This document shows positions 28,353 to 36,445 of a stretch of DNA of 64,000 nucleotides, one piece after another. Location of the stretch: the IMG/VR virus record IMGVR_UViG_3300028603_000034, positions 11,147-75,146 of that record. One strand, written 5' to 3'. The notes under the pieces were generated by a model. That model worked only from the letters and a program-made list of their open reading frames with translations. It searched no databases and was not told the origin of the DNA. Both the position numbers and the translations under genes were made by a program. How positions within the stretch are numbered: position 1 is the first letter of the stretch; the number at the start of each line of letters is the position of its first letter. This stretch comes from a virus. Taxonomy: Duplodnaviria; Caudoviricetes.

Positions 28353-28877
28353 TTAAAATTTATACACCCTCATTAATCTTTTACATCTAGTATTAAAAAT
28401 TCGTTCCTCTAAAAAAGGAGTATTTAACGTCCATTTATCTATTTTTTCTTTTGTTATATTTTTATGTATTTTATCTGACGACTTCCATAAATACGGAAAT
28501 GTTAAAATAGCAAATTTAGATACTCGTTTTAGTTCTTCAAAAGCAATATATGGATCATCTAAATGTTCCCATACTTGTGTTGCAATAGATAAATCATAAT
28601 ATTTATCTCTTATAGGCCAACCTTTTTTAGATATATCATATAAGTATGTAGGATAATTTATATCTTTTATAGGGGTTCCCTCCCAAGTTTTACTAATATC
28701 AATAGTATCACTACTTTTTATTAAAGACATTCCAGCACAACCAATCTCTAAAAAATTAGTCATTTTGTTTTCTTCTATTATTTTTTTAGCAGAAATAGAA
28801 ACATTACTAAGATAATCATTCCATCTTTTTCTAAAATATTTAGCAGAAAATTCTTCTTCTTTCGTAAATAAAACCAT
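28353..28877 (-). CDS. Class I SAM-dependent methyltransferase
   Basis: FLEIGC, YDLSIATQVWEHLDDP...ELKRVSK. Confidence 0.75.
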   Translation of the reverse strand: MVLFTKEEEFSAKYFRKRWNDYLSNVSISAKKIIEENKMTNFLEIGCAGMSLIKSSDTIDISKTWEGTPIKDINYPTYLYDISKKGWPIRDKYYDLSIATQVWEHLDDPYIAFEELKRVSKFAILTFPYLWKSSDKIHKNITKEKIDKWTLNTPFLEERIFNTRCKRLMRVYKF

Positions 28878-28889
28878 ATAATCTCCAAT

Positions 28890-29561
28890 CTATTTTTGTT
28901 CAATTTCTGTTATTTTTGGTATTATAGGTATAGACCAATCAGTATTATTATTAATCCAATCTCTATAAGTTTTTCTCAATTCAGATTTCATTCCTGTATT
29001 TTTACTTTTTGTTAAATTATTATTATGTCTTCTTCTATACATAGAAAGCTTTTCATTATTAACAACAACAAATTCAATATTATTTTTTTTTACTCTTTTT
29101 CTAAATTCTTGATCTGCATTACAAACCCAAGATTGAAAACCCCCAATAGAATCAAATAACTTTTTAGATATCCAAAAACAACCACAAGCACAAATTTTTT
29201 TCATATAATTAAATCTAACATAATCGTGTTTATCCAATGACATTATATCTTTTATTACATTATCGTATAATACATCATCAGAATCGAAAAATAACAAATA
29301 CTTTCCATTACTCTTTTGAACTAAAGAGTTCCTCAAGATATATGTTCCTACATTTTTAGAAGAGTTATATATTTGTAAATTATATATTTTACTTTTTATT
29401 TTTTGTATATGATTTAATAATTCTTTATCACCATCAATACCCAATAAAATTTCATAATCTTTATTATCAACAAAATATGTTTGATTTTGAATAGACAGTA
29501 AACATTCCTCAATGTAATCTTGAGTCTTATATGCGGTTATTATTATTGATATTTTTTTCAT
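28890..29561 (-). CDS. Glycosyltransferase family 2
   Basis: ISIIITAYK, IEECLLSI, NVGTYILRN, LLFFDSDD, ADQEF. Confidence 0.85.
   Translation of the reverse strand: MKKISIIITAYKTQDYIEECLLSIQNQTYFVDNKDYEILLGIDGDKELLNHIQKIKSKIYNLQIYNSSKNVGTYILRNSLVQKSNGKYLLFFDSDDVLYDNVIKDIMSLDKHDYVRFNYMKKICACGCFWISKKLFDSIGGFQSWVCNADQEFRKRVKKNNIEFVVVNNEKLSMYRRRHNNNLTKSKNTGMKSELRKTYRDWINNNTDWSIPIIPKITEIEQK
29287..29363. repeat. 77-bp identical segment shared by the two GT2 domains (copy 2 at 30714-30790)
   Basis: Direct visual alignment; more near-identical blocks flank it. Confidence 0.9.
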
Positions 29562-30253
29562 TTTTTTATTTCTTTTAATAATTCATTCCATTTTTCTATA
29601 TAATATTTACAATTTTTAGGAATCTCGACAACCTTACCATTATATCTAGAACTACTTTTTTTAGAACTAAATATTGAAAGGTCATGAACTACATATATTC
29701 TAACCAAATCATCTAATGTTATAACCGGCCCTAATTGTTTCATATTAGTATGAGGTTTTTTATAACAATATACAGGATTAATTGTAGATTCAATCAAACT
29801 AAGAAATTGTGAAGGTCTTGATGAAGTATATTCCATAAATTTATTTACTCTTGATTCATATGTATATCCCGATGGGTCTATTATTATTTTATCTTTTTCT
29901 TGAAAATTTTTCTGTATTATATCAATACAATTTGGTAATAATACATCATCTGAATCTAATCTTGTTGTTATGATATATTCATAATTTTCACTAAGTTCTT
30001 TTAATTTTTTATTCCTATTTGTACTATCCATTTTCCATTTTCCATGATTATTTCCATCACCAACAATAAAAATATCTAATTCGGAATTAAAAGTTAAATC
30101 TAAATTAGAGCAAATCAAAACAGAAAAATTTTTATTTGTTTGTCTTTCTAATGAATGTAAACAAATCTCTTCCAGATACCTTTTTCTAATATCTAAATTA
30201 GCTTCGTTTTTTGGGTAATTAAATCTAATTAGTATAATATGTTTAAAATTCAT
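29558..30253 (-). CDS. Glycosyltransferase (putative rhamnosyltransferase-like GT-A fold)
   Basis: HIILIRFN, CLHSLERQTNKNF, ITTRLDSDD. Confidence 0.75.
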   Translation of the reverse strand: MNFKHIILIRFNYPKNEANLDIRKRYLEEICLHSLERQTNKNFSVLICSNLDLTFNSELDIFIVGDGNNHGKWKMDSTNRNKKLKELSENYEYIITTRLDSDDVLLPNCIDIIQKNFQEKDKIIIDPSGYTYESRVNKFMEYTSSRPSQFLSLIESTINPVYCYKKPHTNMKQLGPVITLDDLVRIYVVHDLSIFSSKKSSSRYNGKVVEIPKNCKYYIEKWNELLKEIKK

Positions 30254-30265
30254 CTAAAGCTCCAA

Positions 30266-31978
30266 TCAAGTTTTATTTTCTAGGTCAATAACAATAGGAA
30301 TAATAGGAATACTCCAAGTTTTATTATTTTTCATCCATAAATGATAACTATTTCGTAATAAAGATTTATTTCCGGTTACCGAAGTAGTATTATTAGAACT
30401 TAAATTATTACTATGTACTCGTCTATACATAGAATACTTCTGATTTATAACACTATATGGAATTTTATTATGTCTACTACGAATCATAAATTCTCTATCT
30501 GCACTACAAAACCAAGATTGAAATCCCCCAATTTTATTAAAGATTTCTCTTGATACCCAAAAAGCACCAGCAGCAACAGAATAATATTTCTGTATTTTAA
30601 CATATCCATCATCTATATCTATATAATCAGAAAATCGAAATCTAACATAATCGTGTTTATCCAATGACATTATATTTTTAATAGTATCATCACATAAAAT
30701 ATCATCTGAGTCAAAAAATAACAAATACTTTCCATTACTCTTTTGAACTAAAGAGTTCCTCAAGATATATGTTCCTACATTTTTAGAAGAATTATATATC
30801 TTCAATCTATTAATTTTCGACCTCAATTTCATCAATTTTTTCAATGTTTTTTCATCATTATCAACCGCAACTAGAATTTCATAATTATCGTGATTCTTAA
30901 AATAGGTTTGATTTTGAATCGATAATAGACATTCCTCAATATAATCTTGAGTCTTATATGCAGTTATTATTATCGATATTCGGTCTGGTCTTATATCATT
31001 AAATATTTCACTTGTAGGATTTAATTGTATTATTTCTTTATCATCGGATGATGTAACATTAAATCTTGGGACTTTTCCATTTATTAAATTTCTATCCCTA
31101 CTTCCTTCTACATCAGAAAAAATAAAGTCATCTGCATAATTAGAATATAAAAATTCTCTTCCTGATCTACACCCAACAATTATTTTATCGTATGGGGTAG
31201 AACTTATATGGGAATATACATATTCTAACCATTTTTTCTCATATTCTTCTTCTCCCAACCAGGGCCCTACTAATAAGACTTTTTCTTTATATTCTTTCAT
31301 GTGATCTCGAAAAGATAATATCAAATTCTTTTCTTTAAAACTAAACATAGAATAATTATCAAATTTCAATTTCCAAGAACAATAATTCCAAGAAAGTTGA
31401 TCTCTTTTTGATTTATGTAAAATTTCATTCCATAATAATTCTTGAAATTTGATTACATCCGATTCATTATGCTTTCTAATTTGAAACCCTGTCTCAACCA
31501 TTCCATATTTTTTGGGCATTCCCTCTAATCGATATCCATTAATTTGTTTATTCATAACAGATACATCATCTTTTTTAAAAAAGATACAAGCCTTTAATTC
31601 ATCATATATACAATTTCTCGATGGATGTTTTTCGATATATAAATTAACATTTAATTTATTAAATCTATCAATCAAATTCTCTAATCTTTTCATAGATAAT
31701 CTAGAACAAGATGAATCAATCCAAACTGAAATGTTATAATCGGGGAAAAATTTATGCGGGTTCGTTTTATAATATCGTGAGGATTTTGTATTATCATTAG
31801 GAACTGGAAGTTTATCTACATAAACCACATCCCACGTATATGACTTTAAATGTTTTAAATTTGTAAAACAAACAAATTGAAATTTTTTTCTATCATAGTC
31901 ATCCAATTCTATCAATTTAGAATCATATGCTCCAAAAAGAGCAGTATAAATTATAATTTTATTCAAATCAACCTCCAT
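30266..31978 (-). CDS. Multidomain glycosyltransferase: DUF616 plus central domain plus GT2
   Basis: IYTALFGAYD, CFTN, SVWIDS, SKRDQLSWNY (DUF616); C-terminal ISIIITAYK...FFDSDD (GT2). Confidence 0.85.
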   Translation of the reverse strand: MEVDLNKIIIYTALFGAYDSKLIELDDYDRKKFQFVCFTNLKHLKSYTWDVVYVDKLPVPNDNTKSSRYYKTNPHKFFPDYNISVWIDSSCSRLSMKRLENLIDRFNKLNVNLYIEKHPSRNCIYDELKACIFFKKDDVSVMNKQINGYRLEGMPKKYGMVETGFQIRKHNESDVIKFQELLWNEILHKSKRDQLSWNYCSWKLKFDNYSMFSFKEKNLILSFRDHMKEYKEKVLLVGPWLGEEEYEKKWLEYVYSHISSTPYDKIIVGCRSGREFLYSNYADDFIFSDVEGSRDRNLINGKVPRFNVTSSDDKEIIQLNPTSEIFNDIRPDRISIIITAYKTQDYIEECLLSIQNQTYFKNHDNYEILVAVDNDEKTLKKLMKLRSKINRLKIYNSSKNVGTYILRNSLVQKSNGKYLLFFDSDDILCDDTIKNIMSLDKHDYVRFRFSDYIDIDDGYVKIQKYYSVAAGAFWVSREIFNKIGGFQSWFCSADREFMIRSRHNKIPYSVINQKYSMYRRVHSNNLSSNNTTSVTGNKSLLRNSYHLWMKNNKTWSIPIIPIVIDLENKT

Positions 31979-31998
31979 TCAATAAATGTACTATATAT

Positions 31999-32180
31999 GT
32001 GAACTACCCCGAAACTAAAGACTTCGTGGCTTCTTAGTCAATATCGCCATTGCGGCAAGTTTACGCTTTTCAATGTGTGCCTCGACCTTCTGACGGAATT
32101 CCGGGTCTTCCTGTTCCCATTTCTTTACATCGTCGAAAAATGAACCGCCTGTGTGTTTGTTCTTCATCTCAAAACCTCAT
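31999..32180 (-). mobile_element. IS200/IS605 right-end remnant fused to a foreign gene fragment
   Basis: gtgaactacc..ctaaagactt..ggcttc(t/c)tagtcaatat..caagtttac is shared with 6604-6670; upstream is a GC-richer 50-aa ORF. Confidence 0.7.
32015..32167 (-). CDS. 50-aa chimeric ORF: XRE/HigA-antitoxin-like N-terminus reading into IS right end
   Basis: MKNKHTGGSFFDDVKKWEQEDPEFRQKVEAHIEKRKLAAMAILTKKPRSL*; GAGG RBS; no HTH domain retained. Confidence 0.5.
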   Translation of the reverse strand: MKNKHTGGSFFDDVKKWEQEDPEFRQKVEAHIEKRKLAAMAILTKKPRSL

Positions 32181-32222
32181 TTAAAGAAATTAGTCTCGCT
32201 ATTAGAAAGAATCCATTTTCCA

Positions 32223-33347
32223 TTAGTTATCTTTGTAAAAGTCTCTTATTCTTTGGTCTAAATAAGCATCATCATATTTTACATCTGGGTGATATTTTAT
32301 AAATTCATTATATATAGCAATTTTTATTTTTAAATCTTCTTTAATTATACCAGATTCATCTTTATCACCTTTAATTATTTTTGATTCATCTCCCCACAAA
32401 TACGAAGAAAATCTAGTTAAAATATTATCTATAATATCATTATCTAATTCTTTCATTAATTCCAAAACACCTCGAAATGACTTCATTTTATTTATTTCAT
32501 TTTCATTTGGTAATTTTTGAAATAATACTGAATAAATATTCCTTAGATTAGTGTCTAAATCAGTTTCAGGTCTATTTGTAGTTCTAAATGATTTTTTACC
32601 ATCTGCAATCTTTATATTACCATTCAAATCTAAATTTGGATAAAATCTTGTTCTAATTCCATCTTTAACCGAAAAACCTAAAATCTTTGGATTATCTAAC
32701 TGTTTTGATGCCGATACCTTACCTGTTGGGGTTATTATTGATATGTCCTCTAATGTCTCACTTCCTATTAATGATTGCAATAAATACTCATAATACTCTT
32801 CTTGAATATCTCCAGGAACATCGGAATCCCATTTAACATCCTTAGCATATATAGTAGAAGGAACTGGTCTATTATCTTGCCAAAAAGTAGGTTCAAATAC
32901 AATCGTTACATTCTCTATTAAATTTCCAAATTTAACAGAGGTAGATAATATGATACTAATATCATCTTTAGAAAAAGATAATATTTTCATCTGACCTAAA
33001 GATTTGCCCTTATTTTTTTGTAAAAAATCAATAAGTTTTTCTGTCAAATCTTCTGGAAATTGAATGTTTATATCTGTTGTTTCTATGTCGGTTAATGTAT
33101 TTAATGCATTATTAAATATTTGATACGCGTGAGATGAAAACAAATCATATTCTTTTTTCTTTTGTTTAATATCTTCCCACAAATGAATATTGTACTCTGA
33201 ATAGAAAGCTTTATCTAATTCATCTAAAGCATCTACTATTTCAGTCTTGAATATTTTAAATTCATTTTCTGAAAATTCATCAAAAGGGATATTCCTTCTT
33301 GGAATATCCCCGTGTGATTCAGCAAAATAATACTTGAAAAATTTCAT
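32223..33347 (-). CDS. Putative internal head protein, possibly degenerate nucleotidyltransferase fold
   Basis: N-terminus MKFFKYYFAE; SSH...TDINIQ weakly resembles the GS..DxD motif. Confidence 0.55.
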   Translation of the reverse strand: MKFFKYYFAESHGDIPRRNIPFDEFSENEFKIFKTEIVDALDELDKAFYSEYNIHLWEDIKQKKKEYDLFSSHAYQIFNNALNTLTDIETTDINIQFPEDLTEKLIDFLQKNKGKSLGQMKILSFSKDDISIILSTSVKFGNLIENVTIVFEPTFWQDNRPVPSTIYAKDVKWDSDVPGDIQEEYYEYLLQSLIGSETLEDISIITPTGKVSASKQLDNPKILGFSVKDGIRTRFYPNLDLNGNIKIADGKKSFRTTNRPETDLDTNLRNIYSVLFQKLPNENEINKMKSFRGVLELMKELDNDIIDNILTRFSSYLWGDESKIIKGDKDESGIIKEDLKIKIAIYNEFIKYHPDVKYDDAYLDQRIRDFYKDN

Positions 33348-33350
33348 ATC

Positions 33351-34277
33351 TTATTCTTCTTCGATTTCTTCATCGTCAATTTCATCTTCTACTTCATCCT
33401 CAACTTCTACTTCATCCTCAACTTCTACTTCATCCTCAACTTCTACTTCATCCTCAACTTCTACTTCATCCTCAACTTCTACTTCATCCTCAACTTCTTC
33501 GGTTTCTTTATCATCTATTAGTGTATCTAATTTAGAATCGATATCATCTAGTTTAGATTCAATATCAGACCATTTTAATTTTTCATCATCTTCTTGTTCT
33601 AAAACATCTTCATCTTCTTTAAGATTTTTTTTATCTACATATTCAGTAATATTTAAATCTTTTGTTACTCTTTCTAAAACCCAATCCATAGGATCACCTG
33701 TTCTTGCTTTAGCAATACCGTAAGGAATTTCACCTAAATCCATATAGTAATTAAACAATTTATCATATAATTTATATGGTAAATTGCCCTTAGATATTTT
33801 CTTTTTATCTTCATCAGTAACAATATCATCTAATGTTTCCACATGAGAAGCTTCATCTACTTTCTTGTAGTCACATTCTAATTTCTTTTTTGGTCTTCCT
33901 CTTTTTTTCTTAACAGTAGTAGATTCTTCTACGTCAATAAATGGGGTTGGTTCTAAAAGATTTGTAGAAGTTCCTTGATTACTAGTTCTAGAACCAGGTT
34001 CATAATTATTAATTATAATTTTTATTTCCCCTTCTGTTAATGAATCTATTTTATTTAATATCTCTTTTTTGTTATTTTTTAAAAAGTCTTTATCAATATT
34101 TTTCAAATCGACAATATCATTTTCAATTACTAATTTTGCTTCTTCCTTTGAAACAAAATCACCATAAAAGGCCTCTTTGATAATAGAATCCATCTTTTCT
34201 TTTTTCGTTTCTAATACATTTTTAATATCCGAAACATCTTCTTTTTCATATTTACTCAAATAATTAAGAAATTTCAT
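33351..34277 (-). CDS. Acidic putative head core/internal protein with AT-hook
   Basis: MKFLNYLSKYE; KKKRGRPKKK; (VEDEVE)6 acidic tail. Confidence 0.7.
   Translation of the reverse strand: MKFLNYLSKYEKEDVSDIKNVLETKKEKMDSIIKEAFYGDFVSKEEAKLVIENDIVDLKNIDKDFLKNNKKEILNKIDSLTEGEIKIIINNYEPGSRTSNQGTSTNLLEPTPFIDVEESTTVKKKRGRPKKKLECDYKKVDEASHVETLDDIVTDEDKKKISKGNLPYKLYDKLFNYYMDLGEIPYGIAKARTGDPMDWVLERVTKDLNITEYVDKKNLKEDEDVLEQEDDEKLKWSDIESKLDDIDSKLDTLIDDKETEEVEDEVEVEDEVEVEDEVEVEDEVEVEDEVEVEDEVEDEIDDEEIEEE
33387..33494. repeat. 18-bp tandem repeat x6 (encodes VEDEVE)
   Basis: Unit ttctacttcatcctcaac, six perfect copies. Confidence 0.95.
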
Positions 34278-34426
34278 AGTTCACTCCTATGTTTAATTTA
34301 ATACATTAATCATCAAAATTTAATTCTAGTGACTCTTCTTCTTCATCACAATCAAAACCATAATGACGTTCAAAATCTAAAAAATCCTCAAAGTCATTTT
34401 CATCTATATTTTCAAAATAAATATTA

Positions 34427-34837
34427 TCAGTCATTTTCTGTCCCTTCATTATTTATATTATTCATAAAATATAGATTTATTTTGTGTGATATCCTCCAAT
34501 CTTTTTTCTGTGAATGAGGTAATACAAACACAAATATATTATGAGGATCGATATTATCATCTTCAACATCTATAAGACCCCAATTCTTTAAACAAAAAAT
34601 AACAGCATTTCTTCTTTTAATATCTTCATCTGAAATGTTGTTATATCCATTGTCTCTAGTTAAAAGAAATAGTTCTTTAAAATGAACTATATAATATTCT
34701 CCATCCATTTTATATAAATAACAACTAGGATATAGTATTCTTTTTTTCTTATTTGCTATTCCACATCTGTTACACGTTTCTCTAATTACTTTTTCATCCG
34801 CAAGTAATTTAACTTTAATCAAATTCAATCCATCCAT
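34427..34837 (-). CDS. regA: T4 RegA-like translational repressor
   Basis: IRETCNRCGIANKKKRILYPSCYL...YYIVHFKELFLL...RRNAVIFCLKNWGLID aligns with T4 RegA ETLTRMGIAN...LYQSCHI...YYIVHFKE...WGLIE. Confidence 0.92.
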   Translation of the reverse strand: MDGLNLIKVKLLADEKVIRETCNRCGIANKKKRILYPSCYLYKMDGEYYIVHFKELFLLTRDNGYNNISDEDIKRRNAVIFCLKNWGLIDVEDDNIDPHNIFVFVLPHSQKKDWRISHKINLYFMNNINNEGTEND

Positions 34838-34876
34838 AAATACTCCTGTTAGTAAAAATAAATTAAATCGTATAAT

Positions 34877-34884
34877 TATTTATA
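34877..34884 (-). promoter_or_regulatory. T4-type late promoter
   Basis: TATAAATA 40 nt upstream of regA. Confidence 0.55.
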
Positions 34885-34887
34885 ATT

Positions 34888-35268
34888 TTATTTTAAACAA
34901 TCACTCTTATATTCTTGTACTCCCTTTTTATCAGGACAAGAAGACTCGTAATTTTTAACACCCTTTTTACAAATACATTTTGGTTCCATACCTAATGCAA
35001 TAAATTCTATTATTTGTGTTTGTGTATTTATAATAACATCCTCACCTTTAGTAAAAAATACACAAGGAGTAGACCAATCCGATCTATTTCCATATAATAA
35101 ATCTATTTTTTTAACTCTCCAATAATAAGTCTTTCCATATTCCAAATCTCCTGTTTTAAAATAATATTCATTAAAATTTTCATTTGGATATGGATAATTT
35201 ACTAATTCACTTACTACTAAATCACTAAAATCAATATTGTTACTTACTTGTATTTTATATATATCCAT
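34888..35268 (-). CDS. Fibronectin-III-like virion-associated protein
   Basis: YKIQVS..DFS...LEYGKTYYWRVK...SDWS..F.T. Confidence 0.65.
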   Translation of the reverse strand: MDIYKIQVSNNIDFSDLVVSELVNYPYPNENFNEYYFKTGDLEYGKTYYWRVKKIDLLYGNRSDWSTPCVFFTKGEDVIINTQTQIIEFIALGMEPKCICKKGVKNYESSCPDKKGVQEYKSDCLK

Positions 35269-35277
35269 TATAATTTC

Positions 35278-35895
35278 CTATTGATTCCAGGTTGCTGAAG
35301 TATCTAATGGTAACGGTCCATCATCACAAGGAGAATGTAGATTAGGAATATCTAATGTTTCTCCGCCTGTCATTGGGTCTTTTTGTGTATATGTTATTTC
35401 TTCATATGAAAAATTACAAGTAAATGTTACTTCATCTGAAGTTCCAAAGGTTAATGGCATAGAAGATAAAGTCAATAAAAAAGCATTAGTAAATTTTATT
35501 ATAGCTGTAGTTCTTTTTTGATTATCTAATAAATGTAAATGCATTGCTTTTATATTATAATCTCTTATTTTTCCTTGATAATTTCCATTATCTAATTGAC
35601 CATACTTTAATTCTAACATCCACTTAAATAAATAAAGATAATTTTGCATATCTTCTGATAGTTTAAATTCAACTTGTAATTGAGATAAATCTCTATTAAT
35701 TAACATACCTGCTTGCGGATGTCTTATATCAAAACCAAATTCTCCATTTGAGATTATTTGACCCATATTATAATCGGGTAAAGTTAATGATTTAATATAA
35801 TTGTCAAATAATCTTAGATCGTGTCTATCTTTTACTGTTGGAATATTACTAAATGTTAATATCCATTTATCGTTACGAAAATTATTAGGATACAT
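35278..35895 (-). CDS. Tail tube terminator/completion protein (T4 gp3-like)
   Basis: LTLPDYNMG, LQVEFKLSEDMQNY..KWM, LHLLDN, FTNAFLLTLS, FTCNFSY. Confidence 0.7.
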   Translation of the reverse strand: MYPNNFRNDKWILTFSNIPTVKDRHDLRLFDNYIKSLTLPDYNMGQIISNGEFGFDIRHPQAGMLINRDLSQLQVEFKLSEDMQNYLYLFKWMLELKYGQLDNGNYQGKIRDYNIKAMHLHLLDNQKRTTAIIKFTNAFLLTLSSMPLTFGTSDEVTFTCNFSYEEITYTQKDPMTGGETLDIPNLHSPCDDGPLPLDTSATWNQ

Positions 35896-36401
35896 TATTT
35901 TACCTTATCCTCTTCTTTATCTGGCATTATTATCATCTTGTTTAATGTTTTTAATTCAGATATAGAAATATTATCAGGAACATATTTAAAAGGAACAGTC
36001 TCAATATCTACATCAATTTCAGTTTCAAGTAACTCATAATACTCTTCTAAATTATTATTTCTCTCGTCTATAGCTTCTTTATAATTTACATCTAGTTCCT
36101 TCAACTTTAAAAGACATTCATCAATATCATTTTTTCTAATTTTAATCGAATCATTTAAAGTAATTATTTTCCCTAAATCATCCCTCTCACCATATGTATT
36201 CAATATATCAGTTCTTTTCTCATTATATTCTAAATACTCTTTTTTTGGTTTAGATATATCAATAATCGCTTTTGCTTTATCTTTCAATTGTTTCTGATTC
36301 ACCATTACTACATACGAAAACCATTTATTAACTTTAATATTCGAATCCATTTCTGATAAACAAACAAACATATCAACCAACTCTTTTCTTGTCATTATCA
36401 T
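35895..36401 (-). CDS. Helical hypothetical protein (fibre-assembly-associated)
   Basis: ORF track; TATAAATA at 36443-36450 upstream. Confidence 0.6.
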   Translation of the reverse strand: MIMTRKELVDMFVCLSEMDSNIKVNKWFSYVVMVNQKQLKDKAKAIIDISKPKKEYLEYNEKRTDILNTYGERDDLGKIITLNDSIKIRKNDIDECLLKLKELDVNYKEAIDERNNNLEEYYELLETEIDVDIETVPFKYVPDNISISELKTLNKMIIMPDKEEDKVK

Positions 36402-36445
36402 CTTTCAACCCCCTATAAAATAAAAAATTCAATCATTTACAATAT

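Noticed and set aside
33387-33494. Possible CRISPR array
   Set aside because: Contiguous 18-bp units with no spacers, in frame within a CDS.
33334-33723. Plus-strand Ser/Thr-rich ORF
   Set aside because: Antisense shadow of the VEDEVE repeat in 33351-34277; no RBS or independent signal.
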